A stretch of 64,000 nucleotides of DNA from an uncultured Nitrososphaerales archaeon (GCA_963695855.1 CAVOHZ010000010.1:1440001-1504000), one strand, 5' to 3'; shown: positions 44,363 through 54,828, counted from the stretch's first letter. Notes: generated by a model not told the origin, from the letters alone. Numbers and translations are program-made.

Positions 44363-46003
44363 TTATACTGTGATTGTGTGATATCCAGTAGCTCCGTCTG
44401 GAAATGGTTTCGTTAACTCAGAAGTTTGAACTTTTCCAGTTTTGTCCGTCGCTCGCACTATAATTTTGTAATTTTTCGCATCAGGAGGAACATATCCTGC
44501 TGTCCAAAGTACCCAAGTGTATTTTGAAAGTGGATCCTTTATTTGAGCAGTCTTCCATGTAGAACCACCATCTGTACTTACCTCAATCTTGGAAATTCCT
44601 TGATCACCTCCAAAAGCTATTCCCGCAATAGGCATCCCATTATTAATTGAATTGTTGGAAATTTCATCTAATCCTCTAAATCTCTGGCGTATCGGAGCGC
44701 GTCCTGGAATTACGATTGATGAGCCAGTTTGATAGTTTGCTAGATTAGTCCATCCATTTCTTTGCCAATATCCTTCATACACACCACTGACCAACTCTAT
44801 TTCAGTTATCCACTTTGGATTCATCATACCGTAAAGCCCAGGTACGATAGCTCTTAGTGGAAATCCATGTTTCGAGGTTAAAGGAGTAGTATTCATTTCA
44901 TAGGCTAATATCGTTTCATCCATCAGTCCCTTCGCTAGAGGTATTCCTACATCATAACCATCAGAACATCGGAATACTATATATTGTACATTTGAATTAA
45001 GTATTGCTTTTCCAAGAATATCCTTAAGACGTACTCCTTTCCATAATGCAGTACCAATAAGATCTCCGCCGATCTTGTTACTTATACATTCTAAGGTAAC
45101 ATATTCTTCAATTGAGGGCATTGTCTTTATCTCTTCATAACTTAACGATATTGGATTATCCACCAATCCATTTATCTTAAGATTCCAACTACCGACGTCA
45201 ACTTCTGGAATAACTGGATTTATATCTATGCGATAAAATAAATATGTTGGCGTAACTTCGGAGGCAAGAAGAGAGGCAAGTTTTGGGTCTTTGAATCCTT
45301 GTGGAATTGATACGGATTTTGGTATCAGATTAGGTAAATTTTTAGTTATTTCCTTATCTTCTTGTATTGAAAATAAACGATTTAGTCCAAAAAAAATAAC
45401 AGGTAAAGAAATAATAGATGCGATCATAAGACGGATAAATTCGCCTCTTCCATAGTATAGTCCACTCTTATCATCTATGACATTGTTCGTAAGATGTTCT
45501 TTTTGTACCGGTACGACTTTTTTCGAAAAGGATGAAAAAAGCAGTCCAAATACAATTTGTGATGGTATAAGAGAGAGCATAATCACATAAAAAGGAATTA
45601 TTTGAATGCCACTTCTAGCTTGAATTGTTGTTACTAACAAGATTGCAATTGACACTAATAATATATACAATATTGATGACGATAAGACTACTTTCTTAAA
45701 ATATCCAGTAATACCATATTTAATAAATATTCTACCAAGGAATATTGAAGAGAGTCCATAAATTAAGATATTTGTGATTATTGCTCCTATAAATGTAGAA
45801 TATTTGGCAAGAGGACCTAAAGTCTCTGTTGCCTCGGATTCAAATTCCCCAGGGGTTAAAGAAAATAATGCCTGTGATGCAAGCTCTGGAAGAAACAGGC
45901 CATCACCAAATTCCTTTATCAGAAGAGATAGTGCAATGGAAGCTACTCCTGAAACGATCCCTGCAAGAAATAAAAATGCAACGTAATTCGACCTATGGGT
46001 CAC
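44363..46003 (-). CDS. Membrane-anchored sulfite oxidase-family molybdoenzyme
   Basis: TLECISN, A.W.GV.L, HGFPLR..VPG.YG...KW, EVSTDGG.TW, VRATD..G. Confidence 0.9.
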   Translation of the reverse strand: MTHRSNYVAFLFLAGIVSGVASIALSLLIKEFGDGLFLPELASQALFSLTPGEFESEATETLGPLAKYSTFIGAIITNILIYGLSSIFLGRIFIKYGITGYFKKVVLSSSILYILLVSIAILLVTTIQARSGIQIIPFYVIMLSLIPSQIVFGLLFSSFSKKVVPVQKEHLTNNVIDDKSGLYYGRGEFIRLMIASIISLPVIFFGLNRLFSIQEDKEITKNLPNLIPKSVSIPQGFKDPKLASLLASEVTPTYLFYRIDINPVIPEVDVGSWNLKINGLVDNPISLSYEEIKTMPSIEEYVTLECISNKIGGDLIGTALWKGVRLKDILGKAILNSNVQYIVFRCSDGYDVGIPLAKGLMDETILAYEMNTTPLTSKHGFPLRAIVPGLYGMMNPKWITEIELVSGVYEGYWQRNGWTNLANYQTGSSIVIPGRAPIRQRFRGLDEISNNSINNGMPIAGIAFGGDQGISKIEVSTDGGSTWKTAQIKDPLSKYTWVLWTAGYVPPDAKNYKIIVRATDKTGKVQTSELTKPFPDGATGYHTITV

Positions 46004-46106
46004 GTAATTATATTAAACCTACACGATTTAAGGTTTATCATACTTTAAGTTTTTGATAGGTTTTAGATTAAAAGTGGTTTTCAAAAAATTATCAGTATAG
46101 AATAAT

Positions 46107-46454
46107 CTACTTAGTAAAATTCATGATACTCATCTTTTCCATTGTTCTTATCATGTTCATCATATCCATCATCTGCTTTTCATGCATTTTGATTCCGTCC
46201 TGTGTCAGGTTTAATTGTATTAGCGCGCCCTTGATATTTCCTTCTTCTAGATCCATAACTGCCTCCATCAAATGCATCTTAGCATTATCAAGTGATGAAC
46301 CAAATGTCATATTAAGTCCTGGCATCATTAGACTAACATTATCTTGAATTGAACCAAATGTTTCGGAAATAAAATTTACCAAAAATGTAAATATAATAAA
46401 TGTGGTAACAAAACTTAATTTTGTAAATAAGAATCCTTCTTCCATTATTTTCAT
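46107..46454 (-). CDS. Met-rich secreted hypothetical protein
   Basis: Signal peptide; MMDMMNM tail. Confidence 0.65.
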   Translation of the reverse strand: MKIMEEGFLFTKLSFVTTFIIFTFLVNFISETFGSIQDNVSLMMPGLNMTFGSSLDNAKMHLMEAVMDLEEGNIKGALIQLNLTQDGIKMHEKQMMDMMNMIRTMEKMSIMNFTK

Positions 46455-47066
46455 AAATTATAAAATAATTATAATTATTATTAAGAATTGCTAATACAAG
46501 AATATAATATTAAAAATGACTGACAAATTTTAGGAAATTTAAATTTCAATATAAAAAGATGCGGTATAAATATATGAATATAAAATATCTAGGATGATAA
46601 AAATAACTGGTTATAGTTCTTTTTTGCACAACTATTATTTTGTTAATTTTAACCAAAAAGAAGACCTCAGACTTATTTAAGAAATCCGTTTTTGTCAATT
46701 TATTGCTAAGCAAAGCAGTACAAAGAACAAATGATATTTTCGCAGCTTCTATTATATTTCCCTTAGTGGTTTCCTCTGTTTTTTATAAGAATGATATTAG
46801 CAGGAGGTATCTTATGAAGGCGTGTTCAGTGGCAGACCTAATATATCTTTATTTGATACATTGAACATTTTGTTGTAAGGGTCTGATTTATTATTTAATA
46901 ATTTTTACACTTTTTATACATTGTTCACCGTACCTTGTTTTTTCAGATGTCGTAATTAAATTGGACCGTTATATAAATAATCAAAGCGACGCCAGCTATT
47001 TGTTCTCTTAAACTCAATACAATTTTATAGTTAAAGGTAGATTTTTTTTGCTAGAATCGATTTGAG

Positions 47067-48095
47067 TTAACCTCCTATTGTATGCATAAGGTTTAAGGTT
47101 GGTTTAAGTGCATTTAGTCTAATTAATTTTACTATTCCCTCTGGTTTCTTTTTTTGACACATATATATATAATCCATTATATCTTTGTCTGTCTTACCAG
47201 TACGTATCAACGATTTTAAATCATATCCTTTTTGATCAAATAGACAAGTAAGAAATTTTCCATCAGATGTCAATCTTACCCTATCACAATTGCTACAAAA
47301 GGGTTCTGTAATAGAAGAAATGAATCCGATTGTTCCTTTACCGTCAGCGAAATTATAGATAGTCGCGGGGTCAGAACATTGGTAATTGCTATCTTTTAAA
47401 GGAAATATATCCATAAAATTAGAACTAATTTTGTTTATTATCTCGTTCTTGCTTACTACCAGATCATTGTTCCAAATACCTGTCCCATCAAGTGGCATAA
47501 ATTCAATAAACCTTACAAGTACGTTGTAGTCTCTTGCAAATTTTGCGAAATTTATTATTTCATCATCATTCCAATTTCGTATTACTACTGTATTAATTTT
47601 TATTTTTAATCCTAAATCCCTAGCCTTTTGAATTCCTTTTATAACCCGGTTCAAATTAGATATACCGTTGAGTGTTCTAAATCGCTCTTCACTGAATGTA
47701 TCAAGACTAATATTTAGGCTTGTAATTCCAGCATATGACAATTGATCTATTTTTTCTTCTAATAGCATACCATTTGTTGTCATACTGATAGTTTTTATTT
47801 TGCTGATCTTTTTTAGATCAGTAATAAGATTTTCTAGGCATGGTCTAAGTAATGGTTCTCCTCCAGTTATTCTAATTTTATTGATACCTAAATCTGCGAA
47901 AATTGATGTGATTCTTACAATTTCTTGAAAACTAAGAATTTCTTTATCTTCGAACCATTTAATATTATGTTGAGGCATACAATAGATACATTTCATATTA
48001 CACTTGTCTGTCACAGAAATTCTTAGTTTCCTAGCAACTCTGTCAAAATTATCTCTTAAAAGTAATTCGTTAACATCTCGTTCCAAATTATTCAC
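47067..48095 (-). CDS. moaA: GTP 3',8-cyclase (Moco biosynthesis, radical SAM)
   Basis: LRISVTDKCNMKCIYC, TGGEP, RFIEFMP, FC..C.R.RLT.DG...CL, C-terminal IGG. Confidence 0.95.
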   Translation of the reverse strand: MNNLERDVNELLLRDNFDRVARKLRISVTDKCNMKCIYCMPQHNIKWFEDKEILSFQEIVRITSIFADLGINKIRITGGEPLLRPCLENLITDLKKISKIKTISMTTNGMLLEEKIDQLSYAGITSLNISLDTFSEERFRTLNGISNLNRVIKGIQKARDLGLKIKINTVVIRNWNDDEIINFAKFARDYNVLVRFIEFMPLDGTGIWNNDLVVSKNEIINKISSNFMDIFPLKDSNYQCSDPATIYNFADGKGTIGFISSITEPFCSNCDRVRLTSDGKFLTCLFDQKGYDLKSLIRTGKTDKDIMDYIYMCQKKKPEGIVKLIRLNALKPTLNLMHTIGG

Positions 48096-48356
48096 TTGTA
48101 ACTTATTAGGTTATGAATTGTAAGATTTTCAAAAAAAAGATTGTTCCATTTCTCTCGGATATCATTAACTACTTTTTTCATACGAAGAATATTTTCATGA
48201 TGTTTTGTCACAGACTCCATACTATTCTTTACAATTAATTCTTATTATCTTTTTTTATGACTGTTAAGAATGTCTATGTTTGACAAGTTGTTTGTGAAAC
48301 TTACGTTTTAGAACCGAAGTTGTACCTTAAATTAAAGGATTTCGTATAAAAATGCG

Positions 48357-49688
48357 TTGCAAAAAGCGTCTTACATACCCAAAAATACACCTTATGAGAA
48401 CTTTCTGAACGCAATTCATAGTGATGACAGCAAGATTACGTATGGATATCATTTGAAAGGCTTCCTAAAATTCTGTGATTTTGACAATTACAAACAGTTA
48501 CTCGAGATTTCAGATAAGCAGAAGTTTCAAGCAATAAGGGAGTATATCGACCATAGAATTAACAAGGATAAGGTTTCCTATTCCAGTGTCAACCTGTCAA
48601 CTGCAGCAATAAAGTTATTTTATGAAATTAACGGGGTTGAAAGTATACCCAACTGGAAACAAATAACAAGACTTAAGGGTAAATTTAGACGTGTAGTAGA
48701 TGACGAACTTTATACTGATGAAGAAATAAAGTTATTGCTTGAACATGCTGACTTGACAGAGAAGGTTGCAGTCCTTACTTTGCTAACAAGCGGCATGCGT
48801 GTTGGTGCACTTGCAGGTTTGCGGTATAAAGATATCAAACCTGTGATTTTTAGAGATTTCAAATTTTACAGATTTGTACCTTATGGAGATGACTTAAATG
48901 AAAGGTATGTTACGTTCTGTACTCCTGAATGTGCTTCTATGATAGACATTTATCTCAAACACCGTAAAGAGAAGGAAAATGAGACACTGACAGATGATTC
49001 ACCATTTATCAAACATAAGACAAACTCTGTCTATGGAGTGAAGATGAAGGGGTTTTACAGTTCCAAGGGTCTTCAAAAAATGCTGGAACGTCTGAGATAT
49101 GACGCCAACATTGAAAGTAAGACTGCAGTAGAGTCGGGAAAACATACAGAGTCTGGAAGGATAAGAAAGCGTACAATGCGCGCACATGTTTTTAGAAAGA
49201 TTTTCAATACCAGATGTGTAGAAAGCAATGTTAACCATACTGTAAAGGAATCGTTAATGGGACATAAGGCAGGTTTGGGAATGGACGTGTCCTACTTTAG
49301 AGGAAGTAATATCAAAGAGTTAGCAGAATACTGGAAGGTTGTAGAATCATTAACGATAAGCAGAGAGAACAAACTATCGAAGAGACTCCAGGATAAAGAC
49401 AAGATACTAGAAATCAGACTGAAAGAGAGAGAAGATGAGATACAGGATTTATCTGCAAGAATAGAGAGATTAAGCGAAACAAGAGAACAGGAAATGGAAG
49501 CGGTTAACAGTCTAAAGAGTCAGGTCAAAGAGTTGGTGAAGGAGAAGAACGAGATAGAACGTAATTTTGTTGAAGTCGTACAGCACATACAAACCGGTTT
49601 TACTGACGTCATACAGAAGTCAGACGATTTGAGTAAAGAAGTAGAGAGACTAAAACGCACGAATAAGAAAAAAAGTATAAAAAAATAA
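48357..49688 (+). CDS. Tyrosine recombinase/integrase with C-terminal coiled coil
   Basis: TSGMRVGA, HVFRK, LMGH.......SY. Confidence 0.92.
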   Translation: MQKASYIPKNTPYENFLNAIHSDDSKITYGYHLKGFLKFCDFDNYKQLLEISDKQKFQAIREYIDHRINKDKVSYSSVNLSTAAIKLFYEINGVESIPNWKQITRLKGKFRRVVDDELYTDEEIKLLLEHADLTEKVAVLTLLTSGMRVGALAGLRYKDIKPVIFRDFKFYRFVPYGDDLNERYVTFCTPECASMIDIYLKHRKEKENETLTDDSPFIKHKTNSVYGVKMKGFYSSKGLQKMLERLRYDANIESKTAVESGKHTESGRIRKRTMRAHVFRKIFNTRCVESNVNHTVKESLMGHKAGLGMDVSYFRGSNIKELAEYWKVVESLTISRENKLSKRLQDKDKILEIRLKEREDEIQDLSARIERLSETREQEMEAVNSLKSQVKELVKEKNEIERNFVEVVQHIQTGFTDVIQKSDDLSKEVERLKRTNKKKSIKK

Positions 49689-49697
49689 AAAAATAGG

Positions 49698-49901
49698 TTA
49701 GAAAGAAGATTCGTCTATTTCCTCCTCGTATCCTAGCGCCCACTCCAAAGCGTGAATTAATCCAGTGATATAATTAAAGTCACGCCTTATTTCAGCAGAT
49801 GTATCCGAATCCGAACCGCTAATGCTAGTAGAATCCTGATGATCTTCCCGTACTTTGTAGTAATGGGATAATTTATCCCTAATTTCTTGTTCTGATTTCA
49901 T
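49698..49901 (-). CDS. Small hypothetical protein
   Basis: MKSEQEIRDKL...GLIHALEWALG. Confidence 0.65.
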   Translation of the reverse strand: MKSEQEIRDKLSHYYKVREDHQDSTSISGSDSDTSAEIRRDFNYITGLIHALEWALGYEEEIDESSF

Positions 49902-49945
49902 GCTCTCACTCTCTTTTAATTTAACTACAGATGTAACATCGGGAA

Positions 49946-50335
49946 TTAAAATGAATAGTCGTCGTTTTCCCAGGACTTGGGTGTTTTTACTATCATTGTT
50001 GTGGATTCTGTTGTTGCTATTACAATATCCTTCTTTACTAGTACGTCAGCAGGTAACTTTGGAACTTCCTTTATCGTATTGAATCTTATCGCGTACTCTA
50101 TCGCATAGAGGTGCTTACATTTCTCGCCTCTTGTCGAATTGTCGAAACATGAGCACCATTCAAACGAGGTAGGTTCAAATCTTACGAAATAGTACCTTCC
50201 GTCACTGCTTTCGGACTCGACATAAAAGGTGTCCTTGTTCTGTAGGCGGTACACTCGGCGGGATAGGGCCAGCACCCTACCCCGTCCTTCTCGTCTATTT
50301 TTCTTCTCAATTTTAGAAACTTCTGTTTGTTTCAT
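49946..50335 (-). CDS. SWIM Zn-finger protein with acidic DDYSF tail
   Basis: WCSC.D......CKHLYA; close homolog of 42453..42920. Confidence 0.85.
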   Translation of the reverse strand: MKQTEVSKIEKKNRREGRGRVLALSRRVYRLQNKDTFYVESESSDGRYYFVRFEPTSFEWCSCFDNSTRGEKCKHLYAIEYAIRFNTIKEVPKLPADVLVKKDIVIATTESTTMIVKTPKSWENDDYSF

Positions 50336-50476
50336 ATTTGTAATAATATAATACTTATACTTGATATATAATCATTATGCTATAATACCCTTTAGCATAT
50401 TTCGAGATACTTCCATATACTCCTCTATGTCTACAATATAATCTCTATATTATAGTATAGTTATAATAGTGGTACA

Positions 50477-50635
50477 ATGTTAATAGAAAATGAAGAATTG
50501 GAAAAGAGATCAACTATAGCAATCTCCGATGATTTGCGTAATGCCTTGAAGGATTTAGGTAAGAAGGGTGAGAGTTATGAAGATGTTATCTGGAAACTTG
50601 TAAACTTCTATAATGAGAAACAGCATAAGAAATGA
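50477..50635 (+). CDS. Small RHH-like regulator (52 aa, not in ORF track)
   Basis: RSTIAISDDLRNALKDLGKKGESYEDVIWKLV; stop overlaps the next start (ATGA). Confidence 0.75.
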   Translation: MLIENEELEKRSTIAISDDLRNALKDLGKKGESYEDVIWKLVNFYNEKQHKK

Positions 50636-50823
50636 CTACTACTACAATAGATAAAGAAAAGATACAAGAATTGATAAAAAAGTATCAAGAACATATTGAA
50701 GTACTAGAATGTAGAAAACCTGAAGATGTACCTAAACACCTACAATCACTTGCAACTAGTTTTGCGGGGATGGCCTTCAGTTTGAGGTTAATAATCAAAG
50801 ACTTGGAGGAATTATTGAAATGA
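50632..50823 (+). CDS. Hypothetical protein
   Basis: ATGA-coupled operon gene. Confidence 0.65.
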   Translation: MTTTTIDKEKIQELIKKYQEHIEVLECRKPEDVPKHLQSLATSFAGMAFSLRLIIKDLEELLK

Positions 50824-51080
50824 CTTCCCAAAATAATATTCCAGATGAGAATCAACCATTAGCAGTATTTCCAATACATGAAAGAACACTCTGTTGTATC
50901 GTTCCATGTGAAAGACCTGTAAGTGTCTATGTAACGCTCGATTATAATGTACATGTAAATTTTGGAGCACTTGGAGAACAGCAGCAGATAATGGTTCCAC
51001 TTTGCCAATTTCATTATAATAAAGCATGGAATGAAAATGAAAAAGATTTAGCAAATTCACTGAGTAAAGAAAAGAAATGA
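50820..51080 (+). CDS. Small Cys/His Zn-binding protein
   Basis: CC..PC...LC..H; ATGA-coupled. Confidence 0.65.
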   Translation: MTSQNNIPDENQPLAVFPIHERTLCCIVPCERPVSVYVTLDYNVHVNFGALGEQQQIMVPLCQFHYNKAWNENEKDLANSLSKEKK

Positions 51081-52024
51081 CTTCATACAAAAATGCTCCA
51101 ATACGAAAATGGAAGATGGATGAGTTAACCAAAAAACTCAAAGGTATTGAAGAACATGAAGGACGCAAGTTAACCCAAGTGGAAAAGATATATCATATAT
51201 TTGCACATACGTTCAAACATTATGATACTGAAGAAGAAGAAGAAACTAAAGGTGTATCAGCAAGAGAACTTATTTTAATTCTAAATATATCATATGATAA
51301 TTATCCTTATGGTTATGGTAGAAGTAATAAGATAACAACGCAGGACATAACAATGTCTGAAAATGGTTATGATTGGGCTGGTAAGCGTGTATATAAAGCA
51401 GTTCAAAATCTAAAATCAACTATTCAAAGATTTAAGGATTGGCAGGAAGATGGATTTAGTGGTCAATACCAAGATAATGATACTGCATTTAATATCTATT
51501 GTCTAAAAACAAAGAAGGGAAACTGGTACTACTACAACGTAATGAACGATAAAGATTTAGAAAAAATGAAGTTGCACAAAGCAAAAATGGCTTTAGGATA
51601 CCAGAAACATATCAGGAAATTAGATGAAGAATTAGACAAGATTGAATTAAACCCAGAAGAATACAAAAAGAAGAAAGAAAAAGAAGCAGCAGAATTAAAG
51701 AAGCAACAAAAAAGAAGGGTGATAAACACGTATAAACGACTAATGGAAATGGAAGGTAAACTAGGAAGAAAAAGTAGACATGATTATGTAGAAGAAATTA
51801 AAAAAAGATTATCATATATTACTACAAAAGAAGAAGATAATGAAGTTGAATTAGAACTTGAACAATATGCTGCAGAAATAGAAATAAAACAAATGAAAGC
51901 CGATTTGAAGGAACAACAGAAAAAAGAGAAGGAATTATGGGATAAAAAACCGCATGTAGATGTTTCATTGAATAAGAAAATGGAAGAATACGTTATTGAA
52001 GAAAAGGAAGGTAATAAGAAATGA
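51077..52024 (+). CDS. Hypothetical protein, possible winged-helix N-terminus plus coiled coil
   Basis: 315 aa; GVSAREL; K/E-rich C-half. Confidence 0.7.
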   Translation: MTSYKNAPIRKWKMDELTKKLKGIEEHEGRKLTQVEKIYHIFAHTFKHYDTEEEEETKGVSARELILILNISYDNYPYGYGRSNKITTQDITMSENGYDWAGKRVYKAVQNLKSTIQRFKDWQEDGFSGQYQDNDTAFNIYCLKTKKGNWYYYNVMNDKDLEKMKLHKAKMALGYQKHIRKLDEELDKIELNPEEYKKKKEKEAAELKKQQKRRVINTYKRLMEMEGKLGRKSRHDYVEEIKKRLSYITTKEEDNEVELELEQYAAEIEIKQMKADLKEQQKKEKELWDKKPHVDVSLNKKMEEYVIEEKEGNKK

Positions 52025-52105
52025 CTTTTTTTTGCTAGAAAAATAGCAATTTTCTTTGCTATTTTAATCAAAAATATTTTTATTATATTTCTCTATTAAA
52101 ATAAA

Positions 52106-52357
52106 TTGATTGGAGTGACAAGAAATAGTAAGTTTTTTGGTAATTATACCAGAACAGATCCAACGAACATTGTTAGAACTATGCAACTGTCCGAACAGAC
52201 GTTTCAGATGTTGAAAGAGCATGCTTCCCGGTATTACTCAACTCCCTCGTATGATGAAGTGCTTGTTAATCTGGTAAAGTTCTATGAACAGCACGAGGGT
52301 GCAAAACATTACACTCATTATAACAGTATCAATGCTAATATTGTGACTATCGATTGA
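52106..52357 (+). CDS. RHH-like small protein
   Basis: RTMQLSEQTFQML.......SYDEVL..LV.FYE. Confidence 0.7.
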   Translation: MIGVTRNSKFFGNYTRTDPTNIVRTMQLSEQTFQMLKEHASRYYSTPSYDEVLVNLVKFYEQHEGAKHYTHYNSINANIVTID

Positions 52358-52450
52358 CTAACTAACCAACCAATAATTAAATTAATTAAATAAATTAATA
52401 AAAAATAAAATAAAAAAAATAAAAAAAATTGATGATTATATTTAGGGTGG

Positions 52451-53131
52451 TTATCCTATAATGAATTCAACTCCTGCGTCTTCAAGACATTCTATCAAAT
52501 CATCAACAACTTCTGGATCTACACTAGGTAGAGCCAACCTGAAAGCATCTTCAGGAATGACTGATCCATCTTCAGGATTAACAAATAGTATACAAAATCG
52601 TTCGATCGATTCAACTCCAAATAGTTCTACAAAAGTGGTAATTTCGTCTGGAGATAGAAATTCTTCAAAACATTCTTCACATGTTCTTTGTGGAGTACTA
52701 GTTCTTATCTGTTCATTCGCATTAACATTTACACATATATTTACCAGGTTCTTGTTGAAGTTTATTTTATCGAAGCCATTTCCATTTTGTGCGTTTGCTG
52801 CGTCTGGACCTGCTTGTTCGTTTGCTGCTGCAGTAGCAGTAGTGTCTTCAGGTATTTGGGTAATATCTATACCATTTACATTTATGTTACTGTTAACACA
52901 GGATATTTTCTGGATGTCTGTATGAGAACTCTTTTTTTGATGGTTATCGTCATAACTATATCTATTGTCGTCATGGTAATAGTTATTGTCGTATCCGTAT
53001 TCATTGGCGTACAATTCCGCTTGTGCGTTTTCTATCATTGATGGGTTTAGAGCCAGCAATCCTGTCGCTAGTATTGCTCCTAGTATAGAAGCAAAAACTA
53101 TCTTTTTGCTGTTGTTATTACTATTGCTCAA
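52451..53131 (-). CDS. Secreted/surface protein (cargo)
   Basis: Signal peptide, Y/D-rich linker, CVNSNINVNG module, CEEC...C...C C-domain. Confidence 0.85.
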   Translation of the reverse strand: MSNSNNNSKKIVFASILGAILATGLLALNPSMIENAQAELYANEYGYDNNYYHDDNRYSYDDNHQKKSSHTDIQKISCVNSNINVNGIDITQIPEDTTATAAANEQAGPDAANAQNGNGFDKINFNKNLVNICVNVNANEQIRTSTPQRTCEECFEEFLSPDEITTFVELFGVESIERFCILFVNPEDGSVIPEDAFRLALPSVDPEVVDDLIECLEDAGVEFIIG

Positions 53132-53467
53132 TACATTGTTAAATACGAATTTATTATATCTATGGTTGGAAGGAACATTATCTAATCTTGTAATATTTCA
53201 ACATTCTGAATGATTGACTATAAGAAGAATAGCAATTGATCTACAAGTATAATATGAAAGAAAATTAGATATTAATACCATTAGTTGAGATAAAGAATGA
53301 ATATTCACCTACTATTGTGTATATCATCTGCCAACAATGACAGGAAAATTAGTAGTGTTGCCATAACTATAGATAGTAAAAATAATTACTAATTACTAAT
53401 CCTTTCATTTTTTTATTTAGTTACGAACTGAAAAAACAACGTACAAAAAAATAAAAAATAAGAATTA

Positions 53468-54148
53468 TTAAGAGTACTGTTTGTTCTGTTTCTGGACATC
53501 TGCATCTTTCCTTTCCTGCTGTTGCTTCTTATCGTACTCGTATCGTGGAGGCCCACCATTATACATTATCATAGTTATACATTCATCCCATGAAGAATTA
53601 ACAAACTGTTCAAAAGTAAATGAATCATTACGAATTGTTGGAGTTTTTACTAAAAACTTGATTTGATCTTTGTTATCATAAGTGGATTTTGCTATGATGT
53701 CATCAACCGCTTTCTTGCTGAATGGTACGTAGTAGACTTCATGCTGTCCTGTTCTATCGTATCCTATTATCTGGTCTCTCTCTATTACGGGCTCTAACTC
53801 CTGCTCCCAGTACTTGCCCTCTACATGATCTGCCACCGGTGCTACTTTACGGCCTTGCCAGTCCTTCCCATACCAATTCTCGAACCAGTAAAGGAATTCT
53901 TTCATCTCCCTTCTCTTAGAATTATAGTCAATTGCTCTAATGCGTACTATCCTCGTTATTTCTTTCTCTACTGGATACTTTTCTGCATCAACCAACATCA
54001 AAAAATGCTTGTTTTGATAATCTAGGTGCTCTGGAACGTCAAGACCATTCTTCCTGTAACTTTCTTCTGTTCTGTTATTCCAACCCTTCAAAATATCGGG
54101 TACTTTTTTCTTCTTTTGTTCTACGGGTACTGCTACTCTTCTAGCCAT
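53468..54148 (-). CDS. Conserved element hypothetical protein
   Basis: 226 aa; relic homolog at 32678..33533. Confidence 0.8.
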   Translation of the reverse strand: MARRVAVPVEQKKKKVPDILKGWNNRTEESYRKNGLDVPEHLDYQNKHFLMLVDAEKYPVEKEITRIVRIRAIDYNSKRREMKEFLYWFENWYGKDWQGRKVAPVADHVEGKYWEQELEPVIERDQIIGYDRTGQHEVYYVPFSKKAVDDIIAKSTYDNKDQIKFLVKTPTIRNDSFTFEQFVNSSWDECITMIMYNGGPPRYEYDKKQQQERKDADVQKQNKQYS

Positions 54149-54262
54149 AATAACCTCTTACTAATTCTTATCTTAGTCTTGAGAATATTTAAATGTATAT
54201 GTATATCTGTTTTGACAGCAAGACGGCAATCATTATAAACATGGAAATGAATATTAAATTAT

Positions 54263-54466
54263 ATGGCAACAAGTCAACAACTAATAATGAAGGAAGAAGA
54301 ACAGGAGGAGGAGGGGATCAGTAAGACCACGATTAGATTACCAGACGAGATGTTAAGGGAATTGAAACATTTAGCCATAGATGATAGGAAAACCTTGACA
54401 GAGTTAGTTACTGAAGCATTAAGCGATTATCTGAAAAAGAGAAAAAAATTAGCACAAAATAAATGA
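54263..54466 (+). CDS. Ribbon-helix-helix (CopG-like) regulator
   Basis: KTTIRLPDEMLRELKHLAID...TLTELV.EAL.DYL. Confidence 0.85.
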   Translation: MATSQQLIMKEEEQEEEGISKTTIRLPDEMLRELKHLAIDDRKTLTELVTEALSDYLKKRKKLAQNK

Positions 54467-54828
54467 ATTCTTGTTATTGAAAATTTAAGTAGTCAGAACT
54501 TAATAATATTAATACCACTGGCAATCTCTGTAGTGAGAAAACTAGTTCCGTTGATGAAAAGAATATCAGGCCTGCGTCCGACCGATATTCTAATATCATC
54601 ATCGTAGTACACGTTTTACCACTATCTAGAGTGTGTGGGCTCATTCAGTGGTGTTGGAGGGAGAAAGAAACAAATAATGAATGAATATCTGGTTGGTCAT
54701 TCGCTCCATGATGATGATTGACGGATATCTGAATATTTGTATTCTTTGTTGTAATCCTTCCATCTCTCTCTCCAACGGTTATTATTAGACAAAAAATTGG
54801 TATCTTTATGTTTCTTGTTGTATGTAGG

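Noticed and set aside
48318-48330. TTGTACC upstream of integrase B as attL paired with 62382
   Set aside because: Only 7 bp of identity; att sites of element B could not be established
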